From the NCBI RefSeq assembly GCF_009914755.1, contig NC_060925.1: DNA of 64,000 bases. One strand, written 5' to 3'. The stretch comes from the human T2T-CHM13v2.0 reference genome, Homo sapiens. This document shows positions 15,501 to 30,161 of this stretch, piece by piece. Under the pieces are notes generated by a model. The model was not told the DNA's origin and made no database searches. It saw nothing but the letters and a program-made list of their open reading frames with translations. The position numbers and the translations under genes were made by a program. Numbering within the stretch: the stretch's first letter is position 1; every line of letters begins with the position of its first letter.

Positions 15501-18500
15501 GACTCAAATGGAATTATCCTCAAATGGAATCGAATGGAATTATCGAATGCAATCGAATGGAATTATCGAATGCAATCGAATAGAATCATCGAATGGACTC
15601 GAATGGAATCATCGAATGGAATGGAATGGAACAGTCAATGGACACGAATGGAATCATCATTGAATGGAATCGAATGGAATCATCGAGTGGAATCGAATGG
15701 AATTATGATCAAATGGAATCGAATGTAATCATCATCAAATGGAATCAAAAATAACCATCATCAATTGGTATTGAATGGAATTGTCATCAAATGGAATTCA
15801 AAGGAATCATCATCAAATGGAACCGAATGGAATCCTCATTGAATGGAAATGAAAGGGGTCATCATCTAATGGAATCGCATGGAATCATCACCAAATGGAA
15901 TCGAATGGAATCATCATCAAATGGAATCTAATGGAATCATTGAACAGAATTGAATGGAATCGTCATCAAATGAATTGAATGCAATCATCAAATGGTCTCG
16001 AATGGAATCATCTTCTAATGGAAAGGAATGGAATCATCGCATAGAATCGATTGGAATTATCATCGAATGGAATCGAATGGTATCAACACCAAACGGAAAA
16101 AAACGGAATTATCGAATGGAATCGAAGAGAATCTTCGAACGGACCCGAATGGAATCATCTAATGGAATGGAATGGAATAATCCATGGACTCGAATGCAAT
16201 CATCATCGAATGGAATCGAATGGAATCATCGAATGGACTCGAATGGAATAATCATTGAACGGAATCGAATGGAATCATCATCGGATGGAAACGAATGGAA
16301 TCATCATCGAATGGAAATGAAAGGAGTCATCATCTAATGCAATTGCATGGAATCATCATCAAATGGAATCGAATGGAATCAACATCAAATGGAATCTAAT
16401 GGAATCATTGAACAGAATTGAATGGAATCGTCATCGAATGAATTGACTGCAATCATCGAATGGTCTCGAATGGAATCATCTTCAAATGGAATGGAATGGA
16501 ATCATCGCATAGAATCGAATGGAATTATCATCGAATGGAATCGAATGGAATCAACATCAAACGGAAAAAAACGGAATTATCGAATGGAATCGAAGAGAAT
16601 CATCGAATGGACCCGAATGGAATCATCTAATGGAATGGAATGGAATAATCCATGGACTCGAATGCAATCATCATCGAATGGAATCGAATGGAATCATCGA
16701 ATGGACTCGAATGGAATAATCATTGAACGGAATCGAATGGAATCATCATCAGATGGAAATGAATGGAATCATCATCGAATGGAATCGAATAGAATTATGG
16801 AATGAAATCCAGTGTGATCATCATCGAATGGACCCGAATGGAATCATCATCCAACGGAAGCTAATGGAATCAACATCGAATGAATCAAATGGAAACACCA
16901 TCGAATTGAAACGAATGGAATTATCATGAAATTGAAATGGATGGACTCATCATCGAATGGATTCGAATGGAATCATCGAATAAAATTGATTGAAATCATC
17001 ATCGAATGGAATCGAATGGTATCATTGAATGGAATCGAATGGAATCATCATCAGATGGAAATGAATGGAATCGTCATAGAATGGAATCGAATGGATTCAT
17101 TGAATGGAATCAGATGGAATCATCGAATGGACTGGAATGGAATCATTGAATGGACTCAAAAGGGATCATGATTGAATGGAATTGAATGGAATCATCGAAT
17201 GGTCTCGATTGGAATCATTATCAAATGGAATCGAATGGAATCACCGAATAGAATCGAATGGAACAATCATCGAATGGACTCAAATGGAATTATCCTCAAA
17301 TGGAATCGAATGGAATTATCGAATGCAATCGAATGGAATTATCGAATGCAATCGAATAGAATGATCGAATGGACTCGAATGGAATCATCGAATGGAATGC
17401 AATGGAACAGTCAATGAACTCGAATGGAATCATCATTGAATGGAATCGAATGGAATCATCGATTGGAATCGAATGGAATTATGATCAAATGGAATCGAAT
17501 GTAATCCTCATCAAATGGAATCAAAAATAACCATCATCAATTGGTATTGAATGGAATTGTCATCAAATGGAATTCAAAGGAATCATCATCAAATGGAACC
17601 GAATGGAATCCTCATTGAATGGAAATGAAAGGGGTCATCATCTAATGGAATCGCATGGAATCATCATCCAATGGAATCGAATGGAATCATCATCAAATGG
17701 AATCTAATGGAATCATTGAACAGAATTGAATGGAATCGTCATCGAATGAATTGAATGCAATCATCGAATGGTCTCGAATGGAATCATCTTCTAATGGAAA
17801 GGAATGGAATCATCGCATAGAATCGAATGGAATTATCATCGAATGGAATCGAATGGTATCAACACCAAACGGAAAAAAACGGAATTATCGAATGGAATCG
17901 AAGAGAATCTTCGAACGGACCCGAATGGAATCATCTAATGGAATGGAATGGAATAATCCATGGACTCGAATGCAATCATCATCGAATGGAATCGAATGGA
18001 ATCATCGAATGGACTCGAATGGAATAATCATTGAACGGAATCGAATGGAATCATCATCGGATGGAAACGAATGGAATCATCATCGAATGGAAATGAAAGG
18101 AGTCATCATCTAATGGAATTGCATGGAATCATCATAAAATGGAATCGAATGGAATCAACATCAAATGGAATCAAATGGAATCATTGAACGGAATTGAATG
18201 GAATCGTCATCGAATGAATTGACTGCAATCATCCAATGGTCTCGAATGGAATCATCTTCAAATGGAATGGAATGGAATCATCGCATAGAATCGAATGGAA
18301 TTATCATCGAATGGAATCGAATGGAATCAACATCCAACGGAAAAAAACGGAATTATCGAATGGAATCGAAGAGAATCATCGAATGGACCCGAATGGAATC
18401 ATCTAATGGAATGGAATGGAATAATCCATGGACTCGAATGCAATCATCATCGAATGGAATCGAATGGAATCATCGAATGGACTCGAATGGAATAATCATT

Positions 18501-21500
18501 GAACGGAATCGAATGGAATCATCATCGGATGGAAATGAATGGAATCATCATCGAATGGAATCGAATAGAATTATGGAATGAAATCCAGTGTGATCATCAT
18601 CGAATGGACCCGAATGGAATCATCATCCAACGGAAGCTAATGGAATCAACATCGAATGAATCGAATGGAAACACCATCGAATTGAAACGAATGGAATTAT
18701 CATGAAATTGAAATGGATGGACTCATCATCGAATGGATTCGAATGGAATCATGGAATAAAATTGATGGAAATCATCATCCAATGGAATCGAATGGTATCA
18801 TTGAATGGAATCGAATGGAATCATCATCAGATGGAAATGAATGGAATCGTCATAGAATGGAATCGAATGGATTCATTGAATGGAATCAGATGGAATCATC
18901 GAATGGACTGGAATGGAATCATTGAATGGACTCGAAAGGGATCATGATTGAATGGAATTGAATGGAATCATCGAATGGTCTCGATTGGAATCATTATCAA
19001 ATGGAATCGAATGGAATCACCGAATAGAATCGAATGGAACAATCATCGAATGGACTCAAATGGAATTATCCTCCAATGGAATGGAATGGAATTATCGAAT
19101 GCAATCGAATGGAATTATCGAATGCAATCGAATAGAATCATCGAATGGACTCGAATGGAATCATCGAATGGAATGGAATGGAACAGTCAATGAACTCGAA
19201 TGGAATCATCATTGAATGGAATCGAATGGAATCATCGAGTGGAATCGAATGGAATTATGATCAAATGGAATCGAATGTAATCATCATCAAATGGAATCAA
19301 AAATAACCATCATCAATTGGTATTGAATGGAATTGTCATCAAATGGAATTCAAAGGAATCATCATCAAATGGAACCGAATGGAATCCTCATTGAATGGAA
19401 ATGAAAGGGGTCATCATCTAATGGAATCGCATGGAATCATCATCAAATGGAATCGAATGGAATCATCATCAAATGGAATCTAATGGAATCATTGAACAGA
19501 ATTGAATGGAATCGTCATCGAATGAATTGAATGCAATCATCGAATGGTCTCGAATGGAATCATCTTCTAATGGAAAGGAATGGAATCATCGCATAGAATC
19601 GAATGGAATTATCATCGAATGGAATCGAATGGTATCAACACCAAACGGAAAAAAACGGAATTATCGAATGGAATCGAAGAGAATCTTCGAACGGACCCGA
19701 ATGGAATCATCTAATGGAATGGAATGGAATAATCCATGGACTCGAATGCAATCATCATCGAATGGAATCGAATGGAATCATCGAATGGACTCGAATGGAA
19801 TAATCATTGAACGGAATCGATTGGAATCATCATCGGATGGAAACGAATGGAATCATCATCGAATGGAAATGAAAGGAGTCATCATCTAATGGAATTGCAT
19901 GGAATCATCATAAAATGGAATCGAATGGAATCAACATCAAATGGAATCAAATGGAATCATTGAACGGAATTGAATGGAATCGTCATCGAATGAATTGACT
20001 GCAATCATCCAATGGTCTCGAATGGAATCATCTTCAAATGGAATGGAATGGAATCATCGCATAGAATCGAATGGAATTATCATCGAATGGAATCGAATGG
20101 AATCAACATCCAACGGAAAAAAACGGAATTATCGAATGGAATCGAAGAGAATCATCGAATGGACCCGAATGGAATCATCTAATGGAATGGAATGGAATAA
20201 TCCATGGACTCGAATGCAATCATCATCGAATGGAATCGAATGGAATCATCGAATGGACTCGCATGGAATAATCATTGAACGGAATCGAATGGAATCATCA
20301 TCGGATGGAAATGAATGGAATCATCATCGAATGGAATCGAATAGAATTATGGAATGAAATCCAGTGTGATCATCATCGAATGGACCCGAATGGAATCATC
20401 ATCCAACGGAAGCTAATGGAATCAACATCGAATGAATCGAATGGAAACACCATCGAATTGAAACGAATGGAATTATCATGAAATTGAAATGGATGGACTC
20501 ATCATCGAATGGATTCGAATGGAATCATGGAATAAAATTGATGGAAATCATCATCCAATGGAATCGAATGGTATCATTGAATGGAATCGAATGGAATCAT
20601 CATCAGATGGAAATGAATGGAATCGTCATAGAATGGAATCGAATGGATTCATTGAATGGAATCAGATGGAATCATCGAATGGACTGGAATGGAATCATTG
20701 AATGGACTCGAAAGGGATCATGATTGAATGGAATTGAATGGAATCATCGAATGGTCTCGATTGGAATCATTATCAAATGGAATCGAATGGAATCACCGAA
20801 TAGAATCGAATGGAACAATCATCGAATGGACTCAAATGGAATTATCCTCCAATGGAATGGAATGGAATTATCGAATGCAATCGAATGGAATTATCGAATG
20901 CAATCGAATAGAATCATCGAATGGACTCGAATGGAATCATCGAATGGAATGGAATGGAACAGTCAATGAACTCGAATGGAATCATCATTGAATGGAATCG
21001 AATGGAATCATCGAGTGGAATCGAATGGAATTATGATCAAATGGAATCGAATGTAATCATCATCAAATGGAATCAAAAATAACCATCATCAATTGGTATT
21101 GAATGGAATTGTCATCAAATGGAATTCAAAGGAATCATCATCAAATGGAACCGAATGGAATCCTCATTGAATGGAAATGAAAGGGGTCATCATCTAATGG
21201 AATCGCATGGAATCATCATCAAATGGAATCGAATGGAATCATCATCAAATGGAATCTAATGGAATCATTGAACAGAATTGAATGGAATCGTCATCGAATG
21301 AATTGAATGCAATCATCGAATGGTCTCGAATGGAATCATCTTCTAATGGAAAGGAATGGAATCATCGCATAGAATCGAATGGAATTATCATCGAATGGAA
21401 TCGAATGGTATCAACACCAAACGGAAAAAAACGGAATTATCGAATGGAATCGAAGAGAATCTTCGAACGGACCCGAATGGAATCATCTAATGGAATGGAA

Positions 21501-24500
21501 TGGAATAATCCATGGACTCGAATGCAATCATCATCGAATGGAATCGAATGGAATCATCGAATGGACTCGAATGGAATAATCATTGAACGGAATCGAATGG
21601 AATCATCATCGGATGGAAACGAATGGAATCATCATCGAATGGAAATGAAAGGAGTCATCATCTAATGGAATTGCATGGAATCATCATAAAATGGAATCGA
21701 ATGGAATCAACATCAAATGGAATCAAATGGAATCATTGAACGGAATTGAATGGAATCGTCATCGAATGAATTGACTGCAATCATCGAATGGTCTCGAATG
21801 GAATCATCTTCAAATGGAATGGAATGGAAACATCGCATAGAATCGAATGGAATTATCATCGAATGGAATCGAATGGAATCAACATCAAACGGAAAAAAAC
21901 AGAATTATCGTATGGAATCGAAGAGAATCATCGAGTGGACCCGAATGGAATCATCTAATGGAATGGAATGGAATAATCCATGGACTCGAATGCAATCATC
22001 ATCGAATGGAATCGAATGGAATCATCGAATGGACTCGAATGGAATAATCATTGAACGGAATCGAATGGAATCATCATCGGATGGAAATGAATGGAATCAT
22101 CATCGAATGGAATCGAATAGAATTATGGAATGAAATCCAGTGTGATCATCATCGAATGGACCCGAATGGAATCATCATCCAACGGAAGCTAATGGAATCA
22201 ACATCGAATGAATCGAATGGAAACACCATCGAATTGAAACGAATGGAATTATCATGAAATTGAAATGGATGGACTCATCATCGAATGGATTCGAATGGAA
22301 TCATCGAATAAAATTGATTGAAATCATCATCGAATGGAATCGAATGGTATCATTGAATGGAATCGAATGGAATCATCATCAGATGGAAATGAATGGAATC
22401 GTCATAGAATGGAATCGAATGGATTCATTGAATGGAATCAGATGGAATCATCGAATGGACTGGAATGGAATCATTGAATGGACTTGAAAGGGATCATGAT
22501 TCAATGGAATTTAATGGAATCATCGAATGGTCTCGATTGGAATCATTATCAAATGGAATCGAATGGAATCACCGAATAGAATCGAATGGAACAATCATCG
22601 AATGGACTCAAATGGAATTATCCTCAAATGGAATCGAATGGAATTATCGAATGCAATCGAATGGAATTATCGAATGCAATCGAATAGAATCATCGAATGG
22701 ACTCGAATGGAATCATCGAATGGAATGGAATGGAACAGTCAATGAACACGAATGGAATCATCATTGAATGGAATCTAATGGAATCATCGAGTGGAATCGA
22801 ATGGAATTATGATCAAATGGAATCGAATGTAATCATCATCAAATGGAATCAAAAATAACCATCATCAATTGCTATTGAATGGAATTGTCATCAAATGGAA
22901 TTCAAAGGAATCATCATCAAATGGAACCGAATGGAATCCTCATTGAATGGAAATGAAAGGGGTCATCATCTAATGGAATCGCATGGAATCATCACCAAAT
23001 GGAATCGAATGGAATCATCATCAAATGGAATCTAATGGAATCATTGAACAGAATTGAATGGAATCGTCATCGAATGAATTGAATGCAATCATCGAATGGT
23101 CTCGAATGGAATCATCTTCTAATGGAAAGGAATGGAATCATCGCATAGAATCGAATGGAATTATCATCGAATGGAATCGAATGGTATCAACACCAAACGG
23201 AAAAAAACGGAATTATCGAATGGAATCGAAGAGAATCTTCGAACGGACCCGAATGGAATCATCTAATGGAATGGAATGGAATAATCCATGGACTCGAATG
23301 CAATCATCATCGAATGGAATCGAATGGAATCATCGAATGGACTCGAATGGAATAATCATTGAACGGAATCGAATGGAATCATCATCGGATGGAAACGAAT
23401 GGAATCATCATCGAATGGAAATGAAAGGAGTCATCATCTAATGCAATTGCATGGAATCATCATCAAATGGAATCGAATGGAATCAACATCAAATGGAATC
23501 TAATGGAATCATTGAACAGAATTGAATGGAATCGTCATCGAATGAATTGACTGCAATCATCGAATGGTCTCGAATGGAATCATCTTCTAATGGAAAGGAA
23601 TGGAATCATCGCATAGAATCGAATGGAATTATCATCGAATGGAATCGAATGGTATCAACACCAAACGGAAAAAAACGGAATTATCGAAAGGAATCGAAGA
23701 GAATCTTCGAACGGACCCGAATGGAATCATCTAATGGAATGGAATGGAATAATCCATGGACTCGAATGCAATCATCATCGAATGGAATCGAATGGAATCA
23801 TCGAATGGACTCGCATGGAATAATCATTGAACGGAATCGAATGGAATCATCATCGGATGGAAATGAATGGAATCATCATCGAATGGAATCGAATAGAATT
23901 ATGGAATGAAATCCAGTGTGATCATCATCGAATGGACCCGAATGGAATCATCATCCAACAGAAGCTAATGGAATCAACATCGAATGAATCGAATGGAAAC
24001 ACCATCGAATTCAAACGAATGGAATTACCATGAAATTGAAATGGATGGACTCATCATCGAATGGATTCGGATGGAATCATCGAATAAAATTGATTGAAAT
24101 CATCATCGAATGGAATCGAATGGTATCATTGAATGGAATCGAATGGAATCATCATCAGATGGAAATGAATGGAATCGTCATAGAATGGAATCGAATGGAT
24201 TCATTGAATGGAATCAGATGGAATCATCGAATGGACTGGAATGGAATCATTGAATGGAATCGAAAGGGATCATGATTGAATGGAATTGAATGGAATCATC
24301 GAATGGTCTCGATTGGAATCATTATTAAATGGAATCGAATGGAATCACCGAATAGAATCGAATGGAACAATCATCGAATGGACTCAAATGGAATTATCCT
24401 CAAATGGAATCGAATGGAATTATCAAATGCAATCGAATGGAATTATCGAATGCAATCGAATAGAATCATCGAATGGACTCGAATGGAATCATCGAATGGA

Positions 24501-26609
24501 ATGGAATGGAACAGTCAATGAACTCGAATGGAATCATCATTGAATGGAATCGAATGTAATCATCGAGTGGAATCGAATGGAATTATGATCAAATGGAATC
24601 GAATGTAATCATCATCAAATGGAATCAAAAATAACCATCATCAATTGGTATTGAATGGAATTGTCATCAAATGGAATTCAAAGGAATCATCATCAAATGG
24701 AACCGAATGGAATCCTCATTGAATGGAAATGAAAGGGGTTATCATCTAATGGAATCGCATGGAATCATCATCAAATGGAATCGAATGGAATCATCATCAA
24801 ATGGAATCTAATGGAATCATTGAACAGAATTGAATGGAATCGTCATCGAATGAATTGAATGCAATCATCGAATGGTCTCGAATGGAATCATCTTCTAATG
24901 GAAAGGAATGGAATCATCGCATAGAATCGAATGGAATTATCATCGAATGGAATCGAATGGTATCAACACCAAACGGAAAAAAACGGAATTATCGAATGGA
25001 ATCGAAGAGAATCTTCGAACGGACCCGAATGGAATCATCTAATGGAATGGAATGGAATAATCCATGGACTCGAATGCAATCATCATCGAATGGAATCGAA
25101 TGGAATCATCGAATGGACTCGAATGGAATAATCATTGAACGGAATCGAATGGAATCATCATCGGATGGAAACGAATGGAATCATCATCGAATGGAAATGA
25201 AAGGAGTCATCATCTAATGGAATTGCATGGAATCATCATAAAATGGAATCGAATGGAATCAACATCAAATGGAATCAAATGGAATCATTGAACGGAATTG
25301 AATGGAATCGTCATCGAATGAATTGACTGCAATCATCGAATGGTCTCGAATGGAATCATCTTCAAATGGAATGGAATGGAAACATCGCATAGAATCGAAT
25401 GTAATTATCATCGAATGGAATCGAATGGAATCAACATCAAACGGAAAAAAACAGAATTATCGTATGGAATCGAAGAGAATCATCGAGTGGACCCGAATGG
25501 AATCATCTAATGGAATGGAATGGAATAATCCATGGACTCGAATGCAATCATCATCGAATGGAATCGAATGGAATCATCGAATGGACTCGAATGGAATAAT
25601 CATTGAACGGAATCGAATGGAATCATCATCGGATGGAAATGAATGGAATCATCATCGAATGGAATCGAATAGAATTATGGAATGAAATCCAGTGTGATCA
25701 TCATCGAATGGACCCGAATGGAATCATCATCCAACGGAAGCTAATGGAATCAACATCGAATGAATCGAATGGAAACACCATCGAATTGAAACGAATGGAA
25801 TTATCATGAAATTGAAATGGATGGACTCATCATCGAATGGATTCGAATGGAATCATCGAATAAAATTGATTGAAATCATCATCGAATGGAATCGAATGGT
25901 ATCATTGAATGGAATCGAATGGAATCATAATCAGATGGAAATGAATGGAATCGTCATAGAATGGAATCGAATGGATTCATTGAATGGAATCAGATGGAAT
26001 CATCGAATGGACTGGAATGGAATCATTGAATGGACTTGAAAGGGATCATGATTCAATGGAATTTAATGGAATCATCGAATGGTCTCGATTGGAATCATTA
26101 TCAAATGGAATCGAATGGAATCACCGAATAGAATCGAATGGAACAATCATCGAATGGACTCAAATGGAATTATCCTCAAATGGAATCGAATGGAATTATC
26201 GAATGCAATCGAATGGAATTATCGAATGCAATCGAATAGAATCATCGAATGGACTCGAATGGAATCATCGAATGGAATGGAATGGAACAGTCAATGAACA
26301 CGAATGGAATCATCATTGAATGGAATCTAATGGAATCATCGAGTGGAATCGAATGGAATTATGATCAAATGGAATCGAATGTAATCATCATCAAATGGAA
26401 TCAAAAATAACCATCATCAATTGCTATTGAATGGAATTGTCATCAAATGGAATTCAAAGGAATCATCATCAAATGGAACCGAATGGAATCCTCATTGAAT
26501 GGAAATGAAAGGGGTCATCATCTAATGGAATCGCATGGAATCATCATCAAATGGAATCGAATGGAATCATCATCAAATGGAATCTAATGGAATCATTGAA
26601 CAGAATTGA
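3522..26609 (+). repeat. Thirteen consecutive 1776-bp units with no net indel
   Basis: Unit starts 3522, 5298, 7074, 8850, 10626, 12402, 14178, 15954, 17730, 19506, 21282, 23058, 24834 and 26610 are all exactly 1776 apart. Confidence 0.95.
4985..20300 (+). repeat. 5328-bp (3 x 1776) higher-order repeat, about 2.9 copies
   Basis: Variants recur at 5328 spacing: WTQKGS ORFs at 6270/11598/16926, HGIKLMEIIIQ ORFs at 8046/13374/18702, atcaccaaat near 5231/10559/15887, and HHQMEM ORFs at 6067/11395/16723. Boundaries are approximate. Confidence 0.9.
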
Positions 26610-27200
26610 ATGGAATCGTCATCGAATGAATTGAATGCAATCATCGAATGGTCTCGAATGGAATCATCTTCTAATGGAAAGGAATGGAATCATCGCATAG
26701 AATCGAATGGAATTATCATCGAATGGAATCGAATGGTATCAACACCAAACGGAAAAAAACGGAATTATCGAATGGAATCGAAGAGAATCTTCGAACGGAC
26801 CCGAATGGAATCATCTAATGGAATGGAATGGAATAATCCATGGACTCGAATGCAATCATCATCGAATGGAATCGAATGGAATCATCGAATGGACTCGAAT
26901 GGAATAATCATTGAACGGAATCGAATGGAATCATCATCGGATGGAAACGAATGGAATCATCATCGAATGGAAATGAAAGGAGTCATCATCTAATGCAATT
27001 GCATGGAATCATCATCAAATGGAATCGAATGGAATCAACATCAAATGGAATCTAATGGAATCATTGAACAGAATTGAATGGAATCGTCATCGAATGAATT
27101 GACTGCAATCATCGAATGGTCTCGAATGGAATCATCTTCTAATGGAAAGGAATGGAATCATCGCATAGAATTGAATGGAATTATCATCGAATGGAATCGA
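21750..27200 (+). repeat. 3552-bp (2 x 1776) duplication
   Basis: Private variants at +3552: MEWKHRIES ORFs at 21750/25302, gacttgaaagggatcatgattcaatggaattt (ORFs 22432/25984), and attgctattg near 22870/26422. Boundaries are approximate. Confidence 0.87.
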
Positions 27201-28853
27201 ATGGTATCAACACCAAACGGAAAAAAACGGAATTATCGAATGGAATCGAAGAGAATCTTCGAACGGACCCGAATGGAATCATCTAATGGAATGGAATGGA
27301 ATAATCCATGGACTCGAATGCAATCATCATCGAATGGAATCGAATGGAATCATCGAATGGACTCGAATGGAATAATCATTGAACGGAATCGAATGGAATC
27401 ATTATCAGATGGAAACGAATGGAATCATCATCGAATGGAAATGAAAGGAGTCATCATCTAATGGAATTGCATGGAATCATTATAAAATGGAATCGAATGG
27501 AATCAACATCAAATGGAATCAAATGGAATCATTGAACGGAATTGAATGGAATCGTCATCGAATGAATTGACTGCAATCATCGAATGGTCTCGAATGGAAT
27601 CATCTTCAAATGGAATGGAATGGAATCATCGCATAGAATCGAATGGAATTATCATCGAATGGAATCGAATGGAATCAACATCAAACGGAAAAAAACGGAA
27701 TTATCGTATGGAATCGAAGAGAATCATCGAAGGGACCCGAATGGAATCATCTAATGGAATGGAATGGAATAATCCATGGACTCGAATGCAATCATCATCG
27801 AATGGATTCGAATGGAATCATCGAATGGACTCGAATGGAATAATCATTGAACGGAATAGAATGGAATCATCATCGGATGGAAATGAATGGAATCATCATC
27901 GAATGGAATCGAATAGAATTATGGAATGAAATCCAGTGTGATCATCATCGAATGGACCCGAATGGAATCATCATCCAACGGAAGCTAATGGAATCAACAT
28001 CGAATGAATCGAATGGAAACACCATCGAATTGAAACGAATGGAATTATCATGAAATTGAAATGGATGGACTCATCATCGAATGGATTCGAATGGAATCAT
28101 CGAATAAAATTGATTGAAATCATCATCGAATGGAATCGAATGGTATCATTGAATGGAATCGAATGGAATCATCATCAGATGGAAATGAATGGAATCGTCA
28201 TAGAATGGAATCGAATGGATTCATTGAATGGAATCAGATGGAATCATCGAATGGACTGGAATGGAATCATTGAATGGACTCGAAAGGGATCATGATTGAA
28301 TGGAATTGAATGGAATCATCGAATGGTCTCGATTGGAATCATTATCAAATGGAATCGAATGGAATCACCGAATAGAATCGAATGGAACAATCATCGAATG
28401 GACTCAAATGGAATTATCCTCAAATGGAATCGAATGGAATTATCGAATGCAATCGAATGGAATTATCGAATGCAATCGAATAGAATCATCGAATGGACTC
28501 GAATGGAATCATCGAATGGAATGGAATGGAACAGTCAATGAACTCGAATGGAATCATCATTGAATGGAATCGAATGGAATCATCGAGTGGAACCGAATGG
28601 AATTATGATCAAATGGAATCGAATGTAATCATCATCAAATGGAATCAAAAATAACCATCATCAATTGGTATTGAATGGAATTCTCATCAAATGGAATTCA
28701 AAGGAATCATCATCAAATGGAACCGAATGGAATCCTCATTGAATGGAAATGAAAGGGGTCATCATCTAATGGAATCGCAAGGAATCATCATAAAATGGAA
28801 TCGAATGGAATCAACATCAAATGGAATCAAATGGAATCATTGAACGGAATTGA
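26610..28853 (+). repeat. 2244-bp unit with three 468-bp sub-units
   Basis: Sub-unit starts at 26610, 27078 and 27546; next unit at 28854. Confidence 0.92.
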
Positions 28854-30161
28854 ATGGAATCGTCATCGAATGAATTGACTACAATCACCGAATGGTCTCG
28901 AATGGAATCATCTTCAAATGGAATGGAATGGAATCATCGCATAGAATCGAATGGAATTATCATCGAATGGAATCGAATGGTATCAACATCAAACGGAAAA
29001 AAACGGAATTATCGAATCGAATCGAAGAGAATCTTCGAACGGACCCGAATGGAATCATCTAATGGAATGGAATGGAATAATCCATGGACTCGAATGCAAT
29101 CATCATCGAATGGAATCGAATGGAATCATCGAATGGACTTGAATGGAATAATCATTGAACGGAATCGAATGGAATCATCATCGGATGGAAACGAATGGAA
29201 TCATCATCGAATGGAATCGAATAGAATTATGGAATGAAATCCAGTGTGATCATCATCGAATGGACCCGAATGGAATCATCATCCAACGGAAGCTAATGGA
29301 ATCAACATCGAATGAATCAAATGGAAACACCATCGAATTGAAACGAATGGAATTACCATGAAATTGAAATGGATGGACTCATCCTCAAATGGATTCGAGT
29401 GGAATCAACGAATAAAATTGATTGAAATCATCATCGAATGGAATCGAATGGTATCATTGAATGGAATCGAATGGAATCATCATCAGATGGAAATGAAAGG
29501 AATCGTCATAGAATGGAATCGAATGGATTCATTGAATGGAATCAGATGGAATCATTGAATGGACTGGAATGGAATCATTGAATGGACTCGAAAGGGATCA
29601 TTATTGAATGGAATTGAATGGAATCATCGAATGGTCTCGATTGGAATCATTATCAAATGGAATCGAATGGAATCACCGAATAGAATCGAATGGAACAATC
29701 ATCGAATGGACTCAAATGGAATTATCCTCAAATGGAATTGAATGGAATTATCGAATGCAATCGAATGGAATTATCGAATGCAATCGAATAGAATCATCGA
29801 ATGGACTCGAATGGAATCATCGAATGGAATGGAATGGAACAGTCAATGAACTCGAATGGAATCATCATTGAATGGAATCGAATGGAATCATCGAGTGGAA
29901 TCGAATGTAATCATCATCAAATGGAATCAAAAATAACCATCATCAAATGGAATCAAAAATAACCATCATCAATTGGTATTGAATGGAATTCTCATCAAAT
30001 GGAGTTCAAAGGAATCATAATCAAATGGAACCGAATGGAATCCTCATTGAATGGAAATGAAAGGGGTCATCATCTAATGGAATCGCATGGAATCATCATA
30101 AAATGGAATCGAATGGAATCAACATCAAATGGAATCAAATGGAATATTTGAACGGAATTGA
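28854..30161 (+). repeat. 1308-bp mosaic unit (further copies at 35490 and 52781)
   Basis: Single sub-unit with private variants gactacaatcaccg, gaatcgaatcgaag and ttcgagtggaatcaacg; the ELTTITEW ORF occurs at 28854/35490/52781. Confidence 0.9.
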
